Source: Takakia lepidozioides
Taxonomy: Eukaryota; Plantae; Bryophyta
Reading direction: 5' to 3'
DNA length: 64,000 bases
Assembly: GCA_030704615.1 (NCBI GenBank)
Contig: CM060731.1
Location: 63,426,001 to 63,490,000 of the forward strand
Part shown: positions 56,819-64,000 of the stretch, piece by piece
Layout of the letters: every line of letters begins with the position of its first letter
Numbering within the stretch: the stretch's first letter is position 1
Notes under the pieces: generated by a model
What the model was told of the DNA's origin: nothing
What the model saw: the letters and a program-made list of their open reading frames with translations, nothing else
Database searches by the model: none
Program-made: the position numbers and the translations under genes

Positions 56819-59800
56819 AAGAAATGAAAGACATGGGACATGAGTGATGAAAGAGAAGCTAGACGACAGAGATATTCAGCAAAAAGAGAAAGCTATCTGA
56901 AAGCTAATTATCCATATCTTTGGGAGAGAGGAATAGACATAGGGGAATCATCTGGACCTCTCACACCATTAAGATCAAAGAGTGCATCACCTATACCGGA
57001 AGAACTAGAGTTGGATGCCACTCCTGTTTCTTTGCAAGAAAGATTAAGGGAATTGGTACAGGAAGAAGATCAATCACGAGGTGAAAGATCTGAGGTACAT
57101 CCTTGGATAAAAGACTTGACAGAAATCTTTGATAAGAGTTGGCATGGAACACCAAAAGCAGGAACTCCAGTTTCTGAAGCAGAAGGTGAAGAAGGAGAAG
57201 AGGATGTGGCAGAGCCAACGGAGAGTTCAGACTCTCCAACACCATTACAGTTGAGTTACATGAGTGAAGAAGAAACCCAAGGGCAGAACTTGGAGGATGA
57301 AAACAGAGAGAAGAAATTAGAAGAGGAAGAATATGAAGAAGTAGACCCAACAGCTGAGGTTGAGACTACAACCAGGACATCCCAACCCGTTGGACCTGGA
57401 TCAAGTAGAGCACTTGGATCACAGGCCAACGAAGGTGTCGGCTCAGGGGGATCAGGCGGGCTGCCTGGATCTGGCTCTGGGGGACAGGGAGTGTGGGAAG
57501 TAGTGCAACTGAAGCTGGGAATACTATGAATATCGTGGGGCCAGAAGCAAGGAGTGCTCAAGGGCCACCACTTGGTGGAAGATCCACCACAAAAACAACA
57601 GGTCCAAAGGACCAGCACCAGCAAGGGTGCCAGCACCTGTCAGTGGGCAGAAGGTAGGGCCACAGATGGCGTTACAACCAACACGGGCAAAACCACCCTT
57701 TCCAATATATTCAGGAAAAGGGGATCCCGATGTACACATTAGCCAATTTGAGCACATGTGTATAGTGAACAATGAGAATGGCGATGATGCCAAGATGAGA
57801 CTGTTTCCTTGTTCACTTATCAAGAAAGCAAGTGAATGGTATGCAAGATTCCCTGATAATCATTTCCTAACCTGGAATGGCTTGAATACAGCATTTCGAA
57901 ATAGGTTCAGGACAAGTAAAACTGAGGATGAAGTGTATGGAAGTTTACAACAGCTGAAGCAGAAGAAGCATGAAACTGTTGAAGAGTATATGGAGAAGAT
58001 GGAATTGATGATGAAAAAGCTGGCTGCAGTACCAGCGCCCGGTTTACAGAAGACTTGGTTTGTGAGTGGATTAAGACCAGAGTTGCAAAAGAAAGTGGAT
58101 ATGTTACCCCATAATACAGTGGAGGAGGCATTTGAAACTGCGAACAGAATTGAGCAATTGGGAATGCTCAGGAGAGAGAAAAAAGAAGATGAGGACTCTG
58201 AGGATGAGTCAGATGAAGAAGAAGAGCAAGAACTAAAAAGAAAGAGTAAGAGAAAGGAGAAGTTGAAGAGGGATAACTATGAAAAAAAATTGGAAGAAAT
58301 CTTGAAGAAGTATGCCACAGAGGCTGCAACACATTGGAGGAAGGGTGTATGGTGTGCAAAGTGCCAGAATGAAGGCCATACCACCACAGAATGCCACATG
58401 AAGGAGAAACACTGTACTATCTGTAAAATGGATAACCATTCTACTGAGAATTGTTACTACAACAGAAGGACAGCTGCAAGAGAACCTGGGCAAGTAAGGG
58501 TGCATCAGGTGCAGCCCCAGCCAAGAAGAAACAATGATCAGGACCACTATGGTAGGTCTGGTGGTTATAACAATGGCATGGAAGGGAGAGGTAATTCAAG
58601 AGGGAATTACCAAGGAAATTCCAGAGGCAACTATCAGGGTAATCCAAGGGGGAATTACCAGCCCGGGAATCAGGATTATAGAAATAATCCAAGAACAGAC
58701 CAAGGGCGAGGACCCAATGGTGAAGAGCTATGTTACTATTGTAATCAGCCAGGACATCGCAAGGCAGCCTGTTCATTCTGGATAAGACACCAGAATGAGA
58801 TGAGAGCTCCTGTGAATGAGGGCCCAGTGGTGGCAGCTCACATGGTTAGGCCATGTGTTGTACCAGAAGTAAGTACAATGATAGTAACAAGAAGTAAAGC
58901 CAAACTAATACCTCCAGTAGAAGAGGAAGAAGATGAGACTGGAAGTGGCAATGATATGCCTGAAGATGAAGAGACTTGGAAAGATGAGAAGGAACTGCAC
59001 AAGGAAGTGGCAGATACTATAAGGGAAATGCAAAAGAGTACTGATATTCCTGTGGCAGATTCCTCTGATTCGGATGGAGAAAAAGAAGGGAGTGAGGAAG
59101 AAAGGAAAAAAGAAGATGCAGACATGCAAAGTAATGAAGAGACTTTGGCTGCAAGTAATATGTCAGACCAAAGCAGAAATTACCATTGGACAGCTATTAG
59201 CTGTGGCACCTTATTGTAGGCACAGGCTGTATCAAGCAATCAATCGAATTGCCCAAGAGACAGGAAACACAGACCTGAACAGCAAGGTGACCAGTTATAA
59301 TGTGAAGCCGGAAGGGCGAGAAACAGTCATGGACTTTGATGATTCTATGCCAGTAATCCAATTGAGAATTGGAAGCACAGAACTAACTGATGTACTGATA
59401 GATGGTGGTTCTGGAGTAAATATCATGACAGACCAATTAAGGAAGAAGCTTGGTCTAAGTAACATGAAACCAGCCCCATTTACAGTAACAATGGCAGATC
59501 AAAGAAGTGTGCAGCCATTGGGATTAATAAGAGGAGTTAAGATACAGATACAGAAAATGATCTTTATGATCACAGTAACTGTATTAAAAATGGATGAAGT
59601 CATGGAGGCTTACTCCTTATTATTGGGACGTCCGTGGCTGAAACAGGCCAGGGTATTCCATGACTGGAATTCTCAGTTACTAACCGTGCATAATGGGATA
59701 CACGAGATACAAATTACCACAAAGAAATCTAGTAGATTACCTGCTACAAGAAGACCTCGAGGAGTCAGAGAGTATGACTGGAGAGGAGGACTGGATGAGG

Positions 59801-62800
59801 AGCAGGAAGCTACCCTATTTGCTGCACACCCAGAGTGGGAGCAGGTTGCAGAGATGCGGCTGGAAAGCCTAAGTTGTTTGAGAGGTATCTGCTGTGGTGT
59901 AGTGACAGCCACACCAACTGAAGAGGAAACCAGCATTTACCCATCACATTTCTATGAAGAAAGAGTAGGAGAAATAGAAATCCTAGAAGAACCAGCCACT
60001 GTGAGCTTACAGGATGAAGTGGTGACTGGTTGGACAATCACAGCTGATGAGCAGGTGAGAGAAGTAAATGTGGGAACTAAAGAGGAACCGAGGATGGTGA
60101 AAGTAGGAGCTCATTTGGAGCCGGAATTCTTCGAAGAAGCTAAAAGCTTGTTCATCAAATACAGAGATGTATTTGCTTAGAGCTATGAGGATCTAAAAGG
60201 GATACCACCTGAAGTCTGTCAGCATAAGATTGAACTGGAACCAGGGTCAGTACCAATCAAGCAGGCGAGGTATAGAATGAATCCCAACTACGCACAGAAG
60301 GTTGGAGAAGAGATAAAGAAGTTGGCTGAGGCTAAGTTTATATACCCAATAGAGTATACAACTTGGTTGTCACCCATTGTTATAGTTCCAAGAAGAATGG
60401 CAAACTAAGAGTATGTGTGAACTATAAGAAGCTGAATGCTTGTACGAAGAAAGATCCTTTCCCTTTGCCATTCACAGAAGCAGTATTAGACACTGTGGCA
60501 GGCCATGAGATGTACTCATTCATGGATGGCTTCAGTGGTTATAATCAAGTGCAAGTGGCAGAAGAAGACCAAGGGAAAACAGCTTTCATCACAGACTGGG
60601 GGGCTTATGCATACAAAGTCATGCCCTTTGGACTTTGTAATGCACCAGCGACCTTTCAGAGAGTGATAAGTGAATCTTTTCATGAGTATCTGGATGATTT
60701 CATGCAGGTATTCTTGGATGATTTCAGTGTGTACAGCTCTAAGAGTGAGCACTTGCATAAATTGGAGTTATGTTTGGCCAGATGCAGGATGAGAGGTCTG
60801 GGCCTGAATCCAGAGAAGTGTACTTTCTGTGTGAAATCAGGGGTGCTTCTGGGACACATTGTGTGTAAGAAGGGACTCCTTGTGGATCCAGAAAGACAGA
60901 GTCATCAAAGCTCCCACCACCAGTGAATGTTAAAAGTCTACGGAGATTCCTTGGGCAAACCAGTTATACAGGAGATTTGTCAAAAGGTATGCAACAAATA
61001 GCAGCACCATGAGCAAACTACTGAAGAAAGAAGAAAGATGCAGTGTTTGCCTGGACAGCTGAATGTCAACAGGCATTTGAGGAACTTACACTGTCAGTAA
61101 CAACTACACCTGTGCTGAGTTAACCCTCACTGGCATGTAGTATTCCATGTTTCACTGCGATGCATCAGGAGAAGCGTTGGGAGCGGTGTTAGCCCAGAAT
61201 GTACAGGGAATATAGATTCACCTGTGTACTATGCTAGCCGGTTGATGAACAGTGCTGAGAGGAACTATAGCACAACGGAAAGAGAAGCATTGGCAATGAT
61301 CTATGCAGTGAAGAAATTCAGGCATTACCTGTTGGGCAAGAAGTTTATGTTCTATGTGGATCACCAGGCTCTGATATACCTGGTAAACAAACCTCTGATA
61401 AGCGGAAGAATAGCAAGATGGTTGATAATCTTGCAGAGTTTGAGTTCGAGGTTGTTTACAAGCCTGGAAGACTGCATCTTGTGGCGGATCATTTGTCACG
61501 ATTGTCAACAGGAGAACCAGCCACAGGAATAGATGATCAATTACCAGATGCGAGTCTCTTTGCAGTGGAGGTGCAGGGAAGTGCAGATGACTGGTTAGAT
61601 TGGCAGTGGCCAATCAGATACTACCTTGCTCATGGTCAGTGCCCACCTAGTTATGGTAAGGAGCAGAGGAAGAGAATCGCTATCAAAGCTTTACCTTATA
61701 TATGGTAGGAAGCAGAATGTATAAGTTAGGACCTGATGGAGTACTAAAACGATGCTTGTACCACCATGAAGTAAATAAAGTTTTGGCGGAAGTTCATAAA
61801 GGAGTGGCTGGAGGTCATTTTGGAGAAGAGACTACCAGTAGAAAGATACTACTCGCAGGATACTGGTGGCCTACTTTGTTCAAAGATGTACACGAGTATT
61901 GTCAGAAGTGTGATGAATGTCAGAGGCTAGGACCTTTGCAGAGATCTGGAAGGATGGCCTTGCATCCTACAATGCCTACGGAACCATTTCAGAAATGGGG
62001 ACTAGACTTTGTTGGACCAATTAACCCACCATCCAAGAATACACGAAACAGGTACATAATTACAGCCACTGATTATACTACAAAGTGGGTGGAAGCTAAA
62101 GCTTTGAGGGACAACACAGCCAAGTCCACAGCAAGGTTCCTGTACGAGAACATACTTACACGATTTGGCTGTCCCTTAGAATTTATCAGTGATCAAGGAA
62201 GTCACTTCATGAATGAGACCATTGAGTTGTTGACTAAAGAGTTTATGATTGTGCATAGAAAGAGTACAACATATTACCCACAGGGTAATGGGCAGGCAGA
62301 GGCTACCAACAAAATACTATGTACTATCTTGGCTAAGATAGTCAATGCAAACAGAACGGATTGGGATACAAAGCTGCTGACAGCTTTGTGGTCATACAGG
62401 ACTTCATATAAAGTCACCACTAAGTATACACCATTCCAATTAGTTTATGGTATGGAAGCCTTACTTCCAGTGGAATTCCTGTTACCTACCATGAGAACGG
62501 AGTGGGGAAAAAGAATGGAATTGCAAGACTCCATCAAGGTCAGGAAACATGAATTATACCATGTGGAAGAAGTACGTGCTGATGCAGCTGATAATATGAC
62601 CAGAATTCAGATGAAGCGAAAGGAACAGTTTGATGAAGGCAAGTTAAAGACTTTTAAGACGGGGGATTTGGTTCTATGGTTGCAGAAGAAAGGAAAGATT
62701 CAAGCTTCTAAGCTTAAATCACCGTGGAAAGGACCTTATGTCATACAAAAGATGTATGATAACAACACCGCCATGTTACAAACCATTAACAAAGAAATGC

Positions 62801-62977
62801 TGGAAGAGTCAATGCAAATAAGTTGAAGGGGTACAGTGGTATCCATGACAAACCCCTGCAGCATGATTTGCATGTTGAACCGCAAGAGCAGTCACGGGCT
62901 GCACCAGTGTTACGAACGGAGTATGGAGCACTTGTCGCTAGGCCCAGCATATATGACCAGGGTGGGCAAAACAAACG

Positions 62978-63230
62978 TGACACAGCCTATCACAGCCCAC
63001 ACGGCGCACACAGCCTATCACAGCCCATCACGACGTGACACACACAGCCTATCACAGCCCATCACAACGTGACATAGCCTATCACAGCCCAGCACGGCGC
63101 AACACAGCCTATCACAACCTACCACACGTGTCATAGCCTCATCAGCCTATCACAGCTTACCACAGTGCATCACAGCCTATCACAGCGTAACACAGTATGA
63201 CACAGCCTGTCACAGCTCAACACAGCCTAC
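62978..63230. repeat. CACAGCCTAT-based minisatellite downstream of gypsy pol
   Basis: Repeated cacagcctatcacagccc variants. Confidence 0.9.
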
Positions 63231-64000
63231 TAAAGTTACACGATCCATAGAATCAGTGACAAGTGGACGCATAATAACTTCAGGAAAATGGCTGACGGAA
63301 GAGGAAACGGAAATTACTTTAAAAATAGACACGTGGAGGTCAGGGCGCGACACACACAGCCAAGAAGGAAGTGCAAGAACAGGTGTCAAAAAGAAAGAGG
63401 ACAAGAACGGCCGTCAAAAGGGATGAAAGGCGGGCCCATTAATGAGTACGGAAAAAGGGAAACGGAACGAACGGCAAGTACAGAAAAGCGGAATTCTTGT
63501 CACATGTGTGATCCTAGTGGACTATCCAACAGGGAAAGTCCACTAAAGAAGATAAAATCTAAAATCCAGTCACAGCGGATACAGCCAATAGAAAACCAGA
63601 GAAAGGATCAAGAAAATGGAGGGAAATTGAGCGCAAGAGGCGGCGTCGTTCTGAGTAACGGGCGTCTCGACAGGACAGACCATCAATGCTATACCTTGGA
63701 AACTATGGAGGAACTAACAGACTATACGCTCGCAATATTACTTACGCAGTGGCATAGACACGAAAGGACAGAGCAGAGCTTTTCTCTTGAGCGATGCTTG
63801 CAAGCCCCGCAGGCTTACAAGAAATTACCCATAGCTTTCTGCGGCAACCATACGTTTATGCTTTGTGCACTACAGGCATTCCTGCAGTTGTTACAGCCAA
63901 AACAGTTCTGTGAGTCTAAAATGAAGAGAGTGAGAGGAATGGAGGAAATCAGGGTGAAGAGCACCACAATTCTGCAGAAACAAACGATTGCTACCCCACA

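Larger units (their letters stand above)
55268..64000 (+). mobile_element. Ty3/gypsy-type LTR retrotransposon (non-chromovirus-like), degenerate; LTR limits unresolved, probably runs beyond the window
   Basis: gag 56840-59219 with three CCHC knuckles; protease LIDGGSGVN; RT FMDGFSGYNQ, MPFGL, FLDD; RNase H NYSTTEREALA; integrase GGH..C..C, WGLDFVGP, ISDQG, WKGPY, ending near 62826. Order PR-RT-RH-INT, with many frameshifts. Confidence 0.93.

Noticed and set aside
59074-59219. Programmed -1 gag-pol frameshift in the gypsy element
   Set aside because: pol is in the +1 frame relative to gag, there is no in-frame canonical slippery heptamer, and the element has many other disabling indels.
60880-61220. 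Biologically meaningful cluster of frameshifts in gypsy RT/RNase H
   Set aside because: Dense single-base indels are equally explained by decay or consensus error and cannot be resolved without reads.

Overview
Eukaryotic nuclear DNA from a land plant; a non-seed plant is plausible but only inferred. Exon structures with consistent reading phase were assembled by hand for TGD1 (5' end outside the window), ABCI10, QCR6, RRP43, RPT6 and two tandem CRAL-TRIO/Sec14 genes. Degraded remnants include a BAT1-like amino-acid permease, an F-box gene and an OSB-type PDF-motif fragment. Transposable elements include a Ty1/copia element lacking its 5' LTR, a degenerate Ty3/gypsy element with an extra ORF upstream of gag, an RTEX-like LINE with an (ATTTC)n tail, and candidate SINEs. 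The most notable signal is one APE-RT-zinc-finger LINE family present as about 10 pieces. It has almost no 3' UTR and its 3' ends sit in (TC)n microsatellites, in the orientation set by the TC strand. It has inserted repeatedly at the same nucleotide, building head-to-tail arrays in which copies are separated by the repeated target-site duplication. In RPT6 intron 6 the array is polarised by age, youngest at the 5' end. All comparisons were made by eye; no searches were run.
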